Assembly: GCF_964204645.1 (NCBI RefSeq)
Contig: NC_134027.1
Span: forward strand, 7,410,485-7,474,484
DNA: 64,000 bases
Direction: 5' to 3'
Origin: Tubulanus polymorphus
Lineage: Eukaryota > Animalia > Nemertea
The notes below the pieces were generated by a model, which made no database searches, was not told the DNA's origin, and saw nothing but the letters and a program-made list of their open reading frames with translations. Within the stretch, counting starts at the first letter, position 1. Each line of letters opens with the position of its first letter. The position numbers and the translations under genes are program-made. This document shows positions 40,911-53,306 of the stretch, in pieces.

Positions 40911-43900
40911 AATCACAGTGAGCATTTCTCCCTGTTGAATATTACGCGTCAATGTCAAGGTTCAGTTTTGTACTCGATCATCAGAAGTTCAGTAAACATG
41001 CAAACAATGAACTCCGTTTATTTCGTCGCATGATAGAAATTAATGTTTATTGTGTTCGAAATAAATCTTTGACGATAATCATGACTTTAAATAGTTTGAA
41101 TTTTGCAAACAGCATTACTTCGATGTTTCTGGAAATGAATAGGAGAACAATTCAATGAGGCGATACTTCCTTTTTAAAACTTCTTTTATGTTTGCGCACG
41201 AATATTGGTTGTCACAATAAACTGAATTTATAAGATTCCGGCTGCTATAAGAAACAGATTTTTTTCAATTAAAATCGTCGAGAATGTAATGGAAATATAA
41301 TCGACCAATAATAATTTGTATACTTATATTCATTACTAACCACTTTCTTGTTGATTTGGACAGGCGGCAAATTAGCAAAGATGCAATCAACCCTACGTCA
41401 ACTCAGATATACTGATCCACCAAACCATTCAATGGTTTGGTGTACAGATGTATCCAGAGATGATTCGTATCCGTTACTTGTAGAGTCCTGGGATCGTATT
41501 AGAAGATTTATACCTGCCTTCAGAGGATTTGTCTTACTTATGGTAGAAATGCTTCATCAGGGGCCTGCATTTAATAAATGCGCTCCCACACTTGCGACGA
41601 CGACGATACCGTTATATAGCAATGGCAGATTTCAGAGTATCTTTTCTTCTTTAATATTGAAGAAATTGAAACAATGACAATTTAGTTGATATTGTAGAAA
41701 TAACTAGATGCAAACAGAATAGTACTTAAGAAGGATCGAAGTATTTACTGAGTAGTAACTTGGAGTTAAACGACTCTCCACGGTAGAACGTTGAAAGCTT
41801 TACACCTGTTGCACTGATTTGTCTGGTGAATGGATTTATCAGCAGGAAAATACTTTATTTTCAGTCTTATAACACAGTAGAGCTCACGTAAAGCATAATA
41901 CACACGGAATCAAATTGCACCTTAGACGGTACGATACGTATCTACGTATTACACAGTAAACGAAGCCCGATCAGGTATTCGACTCCACGCGTCAGGAATT
42001 AACGACAAAACTCCTCGAGGAGTTAGACTCATTTTCGTACGGGCTAAACAAACGGAGTTGATAATTTGATAAAGAATTTGTAATGCATCCTCACCAGAAC
42101 GACGGAAACAAGATTACGTTACTCCCCTTCACGGCGTCGCAGGAAAAACACCTTTTCCAATCCGCCCAAACTGCGGCGGCGTCAAAGAAAAGAAGTCTAC
42201 CTTTACAGATTCCGATTAGACATACGATATATCGGAAATGTTGGCATTTTATCGAAAACAAAAAGATCGTGGTGACGCGATCGAAATTTAATCTGTGGAG
42301 AAATCCATGTTATAAACTACCAGTGAAATACCCGTGGAACCACAGTGGGGAAGGGGAGGGGGTTTAGCCGAGCATGTGAATTTTTTCGATTCATCGCCCG
42401 TTAATCTTTTCAAAGAATCTTAGAATTTATACGAAAATATTTTTTCCTTTTTTTGTGATCTCTATCCCCGGTCAAACATTTTTCAGAGGATTTTTCAAAC
42501 TTTCATTCATTGGTTCGCCTCAATATCAAAAGAATATGCGTACTTGATATTGAAGTGAATGTTGTGGAAACGCATCACATTACAGCTAAAATTGTGTCAC
42601 TTTTTCGAAATAAAAAGCTCCCTTATAGATCATCAATTCGCTTATCTTTTGAATTCTTCCAAATAATGCGACTTCTATAGGACTTCCCTGATTGCACTAC
42701 AGTATAGACTTAAGAGTAAGATTCTATTGCAGTATGAATTGTTACTTTCTTTGACGTCGTGGCCGCGACCACCAGTGGTCGGCGTCAAATCCATTTAGAC
42801 CACTACACATTAATATCTAAGATAATCAAGGAGAGCTTAAGTTGACATTCTAACAGGAAATTGCTGTCAGTTACTCAATTTGTGTTCTAAGAGTTTTAAT
42901 TCCTGCACTTTGGATGCATGATTGAAATCCCATTTAGTTTGACCCGCGGCCCTCAGTTTAATAATTATGTTGCTTTTATTACGTACCCTCCATAGCCATA
43001 TACTATACATAGCGTTAGAATTTAGGAGCCCATATTTTGTCAGCATGAATGGATTGATCACTCATGTTCTCTCCAATTATGTCAGTTGCTACAAGATTTC
43101 CCTTTTTTACAACATCATTTCAATGAGATATTTATAAGATATAAGTTTTAGGTATTGATTCGAGAAATACTCGATCAAAAATTAATGACTATTTAGCACT
43201 TAGCACTTGAGGGAATAAACATCTACCGAATTAAGTTCTCAAAGGCGCTGTTTTTTATCGTTCATCGGCCTTATGTCTTACTTCTTTTCCAGTCTGCCGA
43301 GCTGTGGCACTTAACATCTATTTTAATCAGGAAATATATATTCGATCTGTACTTGACTACTATTAAAACCAAAATCATCAAAGAGGTGAGAATATTTTCC
43401 ATCCCGAATATGCTCCATACGTATACATGAATATCAAGGAAGAAAAACTACCGTTGTGAAGAATAAGACCAATGATCAGTGTTCGAGATACAAAAAACTT
43501 TCATCACGATATATGGTAATCTAGACCGCGGAAGGAAATTGATTAAAAATATTGTAGTCCCCGATGACGTCGCTGAGTGTTTCCTTCTTCGGTACGTTCT
43601 TTTAAGTGACTCTATTCGATACTGTTTTCCGTACAATAGTAAACACGAAATCCTTTTCAGTAATGATGACAGAACTACTCCGTTACGTGGAGTTTGTCTA
43701 TCGTGGGAAGTTGAAGATCTACATATTCAATTTTCAATGACTCGCGAAATGCTGTACAAAATCATCATCTATCACTCGTGAAAAGCTCTAAGCCAGATAC
43801 CGGATAAAATCATTAACAAAATGTTTCCACAAAAAAAGTTAGAAGTACAAGGGGGGAGCAATCAATGTTGCCTCTAGAAAAACCTGCAGCGAAAAATATC

Positions 43901-46027
43901 TGAATCAAAGCATCAGTGATAATAAAAGACCTAAAGGCAATTTGTCTGATACGAATAATAAAAGAAATATATAATTTAAATATTCATTTCATGCTCTTCC
44001 TCCAAAAATGACAAAAGTATATATAACATGTTGAATGGGTACGAACATTTGAAAATGTACCTGATAGACACAATATGTTTTTTTTTGAAGGTGATGTTTG
44101 TTTGCTTTTCGGAAATATATGGGTGAATGTATACTGGTTTCCTCTATATGTATGTGCGATGTGAATATCATACGCAGGAGAAAAAATTCAGAAATCTTTT
44201 CTTCTATGAAAATCCTCGGTTTTCTCTCCGTGATAAACAAAAATCAATTAATTCGATTATGAATGACGCGAATCCCGGCAATTTGTAAGACTTCGCGGAG
44301 GGGTTTCTGGCTAAGCAGTTTAAATAGGTTTAAGTTCTTGCGGACGCAAAACCGATGTTACCATAGAAGTTTCTCGGGCACTTTCAACTTCAGCTCGACA
44401 TGAAATAAGATGATTCGACAAAGCGCGATAGAATTTTCAAACACGAAATGCAAAGAGTACGGGGTTTGCTTTTAAATTAAATAATTTCATTTGTTTGAAA
44501 TATGAATGATGATTTCATACGCGGTGAAGAAAATTATAGAAACAACAAATGAACAAGCGAAGCGCAAAGTCGCTTGATCTACGGCATTTTCGTAGCGGGC
44601 GACAGATAGTTCGACCTAACAGATGATTGAATTTTCACGAATTAGTTTCGAGAAAAACATTTCTTTAAATCAACTATTTCTCGGGAGTGCCTAATCTTCT
44701 TTTCGATTGACGAAGCAATTCTGTTTAGGATTTATATTCTTGTGAACGCTGTCGTAAAAAAACATGTTCAAATAAAGCGAAGTTGAATTAATAGAAATAG
44801 ATAGAAAAAACGTGACATTGATTGTACATATAAATGGGGAAGACTACGAATTATTGAATCTGGAGGAATTTCGGTTTTCTAAATCTATATCAATTAAGAA
44901 TGCGTATTTTCTATGTATTTTTTTCCTTTGATCTTACCTGTATAGTACGCGCGCTTATCCTTGTTCACGACTTTTTCACGACCCTATGTAGGTAAAACCA
45001 CCAAAGTTTAGATGGAGTTTTTCGTTCCCGTTTCCTTCGCGCGTGCGTTGTACGTCTGATACTGCGGCTGTAGCTAATGTGACGTCGGTTATACCGCAGT
45101 TCGTCGGCGACTTGATGCAGCTTCATATTGTCTGCTCTATGTAGTTTCGCTGCAAATATTGTACATCACCATCACCGTACATTGTCGCAGGGGGAATTCG
45201 CACACAGGACTGTCATTTTTCTCACATTTAGTTCCCTTTCTCTCTTTCGGTCAAATTATTTGATAGAATAATTCGTCAGTCCCATTATAAATTACATTCG
45301 TTCGGATGGATTCAGTACAAAGATTATTCATATCCGAATCGAATTCGATGATCTTTTAATTAAGCTCGTCGCACGCATTCCTGCATTTGCTAGAGTAATC
45401 GGTCGGGTGTTCTAAAAAACCGGGCCACGTATGGCGGCCCGGCATCTAACATGTTTAACATTTTGCCACCCAAAACTGTACGGAATTTAATATGAAAGCA
45501 TTGTCACATCATATCAAAATCGGCCCTTGTCCCAACAAAGCAAAATTACGCAGTGCAGATAATCATTTTCATTTACGAGTTTTTATTTTCGATATGAAGT
45601 ATGCATAAAAAAGTATCGCAAAATAAAATCGAATCGAATCATAATATTTGCATACGGTCTAAATCAAACAGTAATTCTAATGATGTAAAATCGTCATCAT
45701 ACCGTAGAATTATGAAAAAGTGTAATTTTCTATTTGTGTTTGATATGTATTTCCACGGGTGTTCTCAGAACTGTCCGTTTATTAAGTAGTGAGCATTAGA
45801 TAGTAATGACGTTATTTCATCTGTGCCTGCGGATCTCATGCGGGTTCTTTCAGCGAACTCGGATTACAAGTACCCGCATGGACAGGTCTCCAACAAGGAG
45901 AAAGAAGTCGTCGCGAGGTTCACATATATACTTACTGTCAAGTGCTCCACCACTTGAGCCGCAACGACGGCATGCAACAAGTCGTTATTGCTGCAAATGG
46001 ATGGTTAGTTTTCTATGTAATCTTCCA

Positions 46028-46178
46028 TGGCCTTTTTTCCGTGGCCATTTTTTCCTTGGTCATTTTTTCCTATAGGCAAATACCTTGGCCATTTTTTCCT
46101 GGCCATTTTTTCCTATAGGCAAATACCTTGGCCATTTTTTCCTGGCCATTTTTTCCTTGGCCATTCTTTCCGTTCACC
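46028..46178. mobile_element. Array of ~14-15-bp TGGCCATTTTTTCC units, likely one end of a DNA transposon
   Basis: About 8 TGGCCATTTTTTCC(T) units interleaved with two ATAGGCAAATACCT units, ending CGTTCACC; no matching opposite end seen. Confidence 0.55.
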
Positions 46179-46753
46179 GGAATTTGTAATCCGGGTTTTC
46201 GGGGGCACGTAATTTTTCATCAATTGACAATGTAATCGTTGGGCCCAGTTCAGGTAGACCTATCAGCATACAAAAAATCTATCTCATAACCACTGGAGCT
46301 CGTCTTGTTACAGCTACGTATTAAAAGATACAACATATTCCATCACTGCAGAAACAAAAGCCAGGCTACATCAGCGCGCGGCCATATACCCACCGAAAGT
46401 GTGCATTACGTACTTTAAGTTCTTTCATTTCATAAAAATCATACCAGCAATTGTTATATTATACGCTAAACCCAATGTTTTTCGACAGCCGAATCTGCGC
46501 TGCCGCGGTTTATCAAAGAGCCATTCACGTCGTTCATTATTTTGTCGTTAATACAAACACTATTGTAAACAAATTGGACGAGTAAGTCAATATTTCGCTT
46601 GCTCTTTGTTTGGAGAAGCAAGCACGTTACTGCTTTTATATCCAATATTATGATAATAGAATGCCTTTAACCCATCGCGGAGAAATTCCCTGATAAATCC
46701 AATGTGACGTGAAGTGTGTATATATATATAATAAACAAATAAAAATCACTAGG

Positions 46754-46922
<169 letters not shown>

Positions 46923-49900
46923 TTTTATTATTTTGATTTTCTAATTAGCCTTGGGAGAATTATGTATGTATCATTGGGAATTTTAAGCGTATCATTTATC
47001 GCTTTTATACATACCGCGAGGATTGTTATATCACGTTTGTTGTAACACTGGAGGTTTATTAAAGGAAAATTTCGAATAGCAAAAACATAGTCAAGCAAGT
47101 CAATATCGTTCTTTATACCAAACCAGTTGGGAATGATAAATTGCCATTCACTTAAAGGTCTTTAGGTCTAGTCCGGAGCATCGGCGCTTGAGGCCATGGT
47201 GTAGTTATTGAGTTACGACAAATTGTGTCTCTCCCAAACGAGTTTATTTTGTCTCCGTACGACCAGCCAGAAACCAAATCGTGAGCAATTGAAAAATTGT
47301 ATTTCTCACCGAGGTAGCATGCATACGTATATATGTGATGATTATGGAGATCATTGTCACTTTCGTTCATCATTTTTCCTCAAAATGTTCATGAAAAATA
47401 AAATTCCTTAAGACTCACTCTCACGGCTGGTTGCCAGGAAACTTCTGATCTTCTTTTTTAGTGCGGTGGAATACAAGAGAATGCACGATACGAGTATAGT
47501 CGATGGATACAGGTGGTGATAAATGTAATAATTGATAAATATCGTGTTATAACCCATCAGTGCAGCACAGTAATGCCGAAAGTAGTTATCGGACACTAGT
47601 CGCATTGTACTTGGATGTTAATATGAGTAACGTGTATGGTGATATAATTATCAACTGATACTTAGATGGGACGTTTACTTATAATAGTGTGTTTGCATAG
47701 CTATAAATACATAATGGTCTTCATATCTGTTGGTTCGACGAGGTGATGACATCCGATGTTAAAGATGAGTAATTTGTAGCGTTACATGACCATTACGCGT
47801 TAGATCATGTTGACTCCAAAACGCTTTAGAGCCAATGGTTAGATCAAATAACCTCGGTGATTTACACAATCGCGTCAGACTCTCTGCCTCGAATCCTGGA
47901 AAGCTGCGACCGAGAACCATGGCTTAATGACTCTTTCATCTATCAAAACAGGGTATGGCTCACTGTTTGATGAAATAGAATACACTATGTAGAAACAAAT
48001 AAACGTCTACATGAGCCGTTTAGTCTCGGGACTATTCAGTCTCGAGTCTATTACTGTGTCTCGGTTTTTAAGTGTTATAACTCCACGATAGATACTCCAC
48101 TGGTTTTGATTACATCCGGTTGCATCTCGACGTTGATTTAGTATTTTTCCAAACCCAGAATAAACAAACGACACTCGCTTACCAATGAGGGTGGGTGGTC
48201 AACGTGTAGATGCTACAGACAAATATAGCCGAGAAAATTTGGCCTGGTACGACAATTTTGGTCGAGCCAAAAATGCTCGTGCGATCGCGGCTTCAATAGC
48301 CTCGGATTTACTTCCCGAGACTACTGTTCTCGTGTAGAAGGCTCCGTCTTCAACGGGTTTGAAACGGAATCTTCGGCGCAGAGCCAAGCGAAAATGACCA
48401 CCAAAATGCATGCACGGGTTAAGGCGACAAAATGCCTGAATTGAAAAATATTTGAAAAAACGCCAAAATCTCCGAAAAAAAAGACCGAATAATGGAATCC
48501 GGTTTGGTGCTTCTAGACGAATATGATGAGATCCGTGCGCCAACGGATCTTTCGGCGTTATGGCGCATTCATTTTCCAAAACAAATTGTTCAACCACGGT
48601 AAAACTATTTTTCAATTTAGCGTTTTTCCGCTAACACGCAAATTCTAAAACTAATTTTCTCAAGGTTTGTTGTGTTGTGGGTGCAAAACCGGAAATGACC
48701 GCGCCAAAACGCTAACAAATCAAATCGATTTTTCATTTGTAAAATGTCGATGGTTTTTCTAATAGTTTTCCATTTTTTGGCGTTTTGTCACTTTAATTTT
48801 CATAGCGACAAACTTTCGCGGTGGCCTCGAATCAGCTTCATACAAAAATGAATGCCCAACAGTAGTTTGTCCTGAAAAATACGTTCACAAAATCACAGCT
48901 ACTGGTGAACATCTGATGTATGGCGGTCCCTTCAACTAGGGTACGCATCGGGGAGAGGGGGATTGGGCAAAAATTGGCCACTTCTTCCTGAAATCAATGG
49001 AAAATGTCTTTAACATATTTACTTCGATCGTTCACTAACTGCTTCGGTCTTACAGTCGTGCTCGCGACATAGGTGCGTGAAATACTTGTATGAAAATCGT
49101 TATTTTGTAGGTGGAAGTAGGCTCTATTATAATGTGACCTCTTTTTCCAACAAAGCGTGTATTCGGTAACGGTGAGAATGGTGTAAGGTGTGGGTTGGGT
49201 TTGCGTTTCTTTATGGTGAACGTAGTTTTTAGCGGGCTTGGAGCTCTTCTCTTGCACCTGTTCCTACTGATCCAACGATGGATTTTCACAATTGCCAAAA
49301 TCTCTACTTTTGTAAAATTCAATCCACAAAATGTGCATAACACATGTCAATCGTTCCAAAAAGCATTCCTGAAATATACATGTAATTATATATGACTCAC
49401 AGTGCGTACACTAACAGCTGCTGCTTCAAATCTAGATTGTATATGCATACGCACATCATTTTATGAATATATTACGTTCCGTTGACACTTCAATTCATTT
49501 CAATCAATTCTGTTAATGCATCATCATATCAGAAAATACGTTAAATAGCCGATAAAAAGCAAGTCGTTCGAGCATGTATTCAGAGAATATGCGTATGCGT
49601 GCCTCTGTTATATTTAGATAGGGCCACGTGTGCAAATATTGGCTATTGATATTGGACAAAACGAAAAAGTAGGTAAAGAAATCATACGTAGAGTATTTAA
49701 AACTCTGAGCACACTAGACCTATAGGTCGCATAATACATGTACGTATACATGCCGGGTGGGGCATAGTACCACCCCCCCTCCCACCCGCACATGCCGGGT
49801 GGAGGATCGGGGGGTAGCGATCGAACCTCCTGAATTCTCAAAGTGCCCTTCAAAATCGGCAGTGTAAACAAATTTGAGACATGATTTTTCGAAATTTAGA

Positions 49901-50955
49901 TAGAAATTTCATGTTTTATTTTTCGGAAAATAAAAAGCAATCCATTCTCAAATGATTTATTCAAGGTACCCGGGCACTTCCTATCTAAGATCTATACTTT
50001 TTGAATATATAAGTTCCCCTTTTCACGGTAAAAAGTGCCAGTTTTCATGAAAAAGAACTGCCCCTCAAAAAAGCTCGGCATGGGACTGCTAGACATACGC
50101 GTGAACATTATCTTTGTCGTTTGTACAATTCATTCAAGTTCTATCCAAAATACATACATATCTTATGTTCTATGCATTATAGCACTTTTTAATCATATTT
50201 TGATATACACCACGTATCGTATTTTGTCCCATTCACGGAAGCGTCCTGGGGACAGCACTTTCGTGTACGTAAATGAATGTCGTGATAATACATGTATCTA
50301 GGAGTAATATAAAATCTTTGATTTTTCGTAAATGATTTCCATAAGACGGCAGTGGATCTCGACAGAAAAGCGAATTTAGAATTTTAGAGAATTAGAATAT
50401 TTCTCATAACGATACAAAATTTTATCAATTGTATATTTATGTTGAGATAATAACTCGACATTTAAATCACATTTCATTTTTCTTAATGGTGTCCCCGAAA
50501 ATCGCTTCCGTACGTATTCGCGTTGGTGTTCGCGAATGAGTGTACACGTGGCGAGTGATCAGGACGCTTTTTGGCTCTTCCAATTAAATTCCTCTCATAA
50601 ATTGTAGTTTACAGCACTTACTCAGGGTCGTACCTAACATTTGTAAATACACGTACGGCCCTGTTACTATAATGTACATTATCAAATATAATATCTCGTT
50701 GTGTACAATCTATGTACCAATTATTTATGTAAATGAATCAATTGAAATACTTGTGGCTACATCAGCATACGTACGGTCGATTTTTGTTGTTGATTTGTTT
50801 ACATTTGATTATTCTTGCTCCTCCTCGGGCACTACACTAAACAAATTGCACGAACGTCCTCTTCTTGCGAATAAAAATCAAGTTTTAGAGAAATTTTATT
50901 AGCACATATATGTATTTACAAGGCACTCTTCAGCAGACTTCGTGTTTGGCTTATA

Positions 50956-51120
50956 TAGTGGAACCCCGTTAATACGAATTTTATGTCAAAAGGGAAATCG
51001 TCGTATTAAACGGGTTATCCAAATCTGGATTGATATGTTAGCCGAGACATCGACTGGAATTCATCGCAATAAACGGGTTTAGTCTACGTATAACAGAATC
51101 GTATTAACAAGGTTCAACTG
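50956..51120. mobile_element. Tc1/mariner-pogo-type MITE (~165 bp)
   Basis: TA|TAGTGGAACCCCGTTAATACGA ... TCGTATTAACAAGGTTCAACTG|TA imperfect TIRs with TA target duplication; internal TCGTATTAAACGGGTT repeat. Confidence 0.75.
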
Positions 51121-51258
51121 TACATTAATAAATTAATAAAGACGCGTATATTCTGTATATGTCTTCATTGATATGTTCGTCTAATCAATGACGTATTAAC
51201 TAGTTTAAATATGTCCTTGGTCTAATTGAAGTCCCCTCAAACGAATCCTCTGTACCGG

Positions 51259-52248
51259 CTATAGTGTTTTTTTATTTTTAACCCAAAGAACATCTTCTTC
51301 CCATTCTTCAATTTTGGAACTTTGTGGTTTAGTTCTATCGTCGATCCTATAGGCGGTATATCCCATAAGTTCTAACTTCCTTTTCAAGATCAAATCCCGA
51401 TTCCTAAATTCCATAAATATATACGGTATGTCAACTCGCTGAAATATCTTCTCAGAATATCTAAGCGCAGCGTACTCTGAAGATTCTATATCCATTTTTA
51501 GAACCGCTCTATCGAAATGAATTACATCCAATAGATCGTTCATCAGAATCGCGTCAGTAGCTATCGTTCTGCTTAAATCTGTATCATTAGTTTTAACGAC
51601 AGTTGCTCCTCCGACATTTCTGGTATCAGGTAATGCCAAGATTACTGGATCTCGAACATCGGTAACCGCATTTATGACGATCGTAGAAAGACTCTCGTAG
51701 CCTCCCAGTTTAACTGAACGTCTCAGGTGCATCCCATTTATCGGATTTGCGTCTACGGAAACAGTTTTCCGTAGATGTTTCAAAGCAGTCAGGGTATATA
51801 CACCTAAATTAGCACCCACATCTATGAAATGCAATGACCGATCTTCCAACAGTATGCTTTCTAATGTTTTCAGGTTCACTGGTTCCCAGATCCCGAAACT
51901 GTAAATTTCCCGCGAAATGATGCCATCCAATGCTGGTGGATAAATACATATCGGGGTGGTGCCAATTGATGTTTTCAGCGAGACGCATTCGTATCTTTCT
52001 TCTTCTGGTGTTGTCTCGTAAACATCTAATATCTTAACGTGTGATCCGATAGAGTACGGTTTCAACAATTTCTTAAGATCTTTAATATCTATAGAAGTCA
52101 GCCTTTGGGCGTTGTCCGAATCGGTAGCATCTATCATACCGTGATACATGTAACGCAAATAGAAAAAAGCTATGTAGATCACCACGGCTAAAACCAAGCC
52201 CAAGAATGTATACAGGATCTTAAGAAATCTTCCACTAGGTAACATCAT
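51259..52248 (-). CDS. Intronless FkbM-family (Methyltransf_21-like) SAM methyltransferase with N-terminal membrane anchor
   Basis: Motif I FIDVGANLGVYTL, NAV, LKMDIESSEYAAL and IFMEF motifs; hydrophobic ILYTFLGLVLAVVIYIAFFYL near the N-terminus; first ATG 52248. Confidence 0.88.
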   Translation of the reverse strand: MMLPSGRFLKILYTFLGLVLAVVIYIAFFYLRYMYHGMIDATDSDNAQRLTSIDIKDLKKLLKPYSIGSHVKILDVYETTPEEERYECVSLKTSIGTTPICIYPPALDGIISREIYSFGIWEPVNLKTLESILLEDRSLHFIDVGANLGVYTLTALKHLRKTVSVDANPINGMHLRRSVKLGGYESLSTIVINAVTDVRDPVILALPDTRNVGGATVVKTNDTDLSRTIATDAILMNDLLDVIHFDRAVLKMDIESSEYAALRYSEKIFQRVDIPYIFMEFRNRDLILKRKLELMGYTAYRIDDRTKPQSSKIEEWEEDVLWVKNKKTL

Positions 52249-52542
52249 CTTCCTACTTGTTGATGTTGACAGTAAAAATCGGACGAGTCTAACAATCGTG
52301 CAATCCAAAAATCTAGTAACCAATAAACTCACACAAACGTCAATATAATTTCCTATAATCGATGGCCTAGGCTAGGCGCGTAGTAAAAAACGTATTATGC
52401 TACTACCGGTACGCTTGAAAGTCTAAATACCCAATTTACACTAAAGGCCAAGTACATAGCGATGCGCTAAAAACGTATGTCGCAGGCGCGCGCTTGTTCC
52501 ATACTGAATTGAACGTCTACTAAAATCGCTATCGGTTATAGT

Positions 52543-52960
52543 CAATTCAATTCAATTCAATTCATTCGTAATGCTTTTAGAGCAAATCTGTACACAGACT
52601 TCGGAGTACAGAGTATCTCATCAAGTATAAAACAAAAACTGTTCACAGAAACCGCGGTGAGCTCCGATGGAACAAGCCCTGACAAGCGAGGATGGTTGAG
52701 GGTAGACTGGTTGCCTGTGGCACCGTACATTTGCAGTAATACGGCAACCAGTCTAAACTGTACTTCATCCGCTCCATCCGCGTATTCGCAAGAAGTCGAA
52801 CTTCCGCTGGGGAAGCTCGAAATCCGAAAATCGAACGCTCTTTTTTTTTTTATTGAGAGGCTGGAAACGTCAAGCTTGCCATTGACTTTGGTTCCCGTTC
52901 TACAAATAACCCGTCTGTAGGTTGTGTGGTATTCACACAACTGTAAACAACAGTAGTAGG
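52543..52960 (-). mobile_element. Possible retroposon (SINE/LINE) remnant with (AATTG)n tail
   Basis: Minus strand ends ...GCTCTAAAAGCATTACGAATGAATTGAATTGAATTGAATTG; GC-richer body; no protein similarity recognised. Confidence 0.3.
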
Positions 52961-53306
52961 CGTCCTATAAACATAAAGTCAAGGCTATCCGAAGGCGAGA
53001 AGCTGGTATCTTCTTCACTTGACAAGTGAAGAAGACAATTTAACGACAACGTCAGGTGGTGCAGACATGGCAGAAGAGATGGAATGGATAGTAGTTCGAA
53101 TTTGAAAAGGGAATATCAAGCAATCGGCACCGGTTGTGTAAACTTAAAGTCTTCATGTATGAACTCAAATAAAAACAATACATGTAGTAAACAAAAAGAT
53201 ATTAGTAGTGTAGATCTATTACATCAACCAGAAACAATCCAGCACGGCAACAGCTGATGATGAGAATTTAACCCGATCCGGTTTAAAGTTAAATTTGAAT
53301 ATACCT

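Noticed and set aside
46028-46178. Short-repeat array considered as CRISPR-like
   Set aside because: Eukaryotic context, no unique spacers, no cas genes.
48199-48615. 138-aa ORF
   Set aside because: No recognisable domain; sequence looks like non-coding transposon-like DNA.
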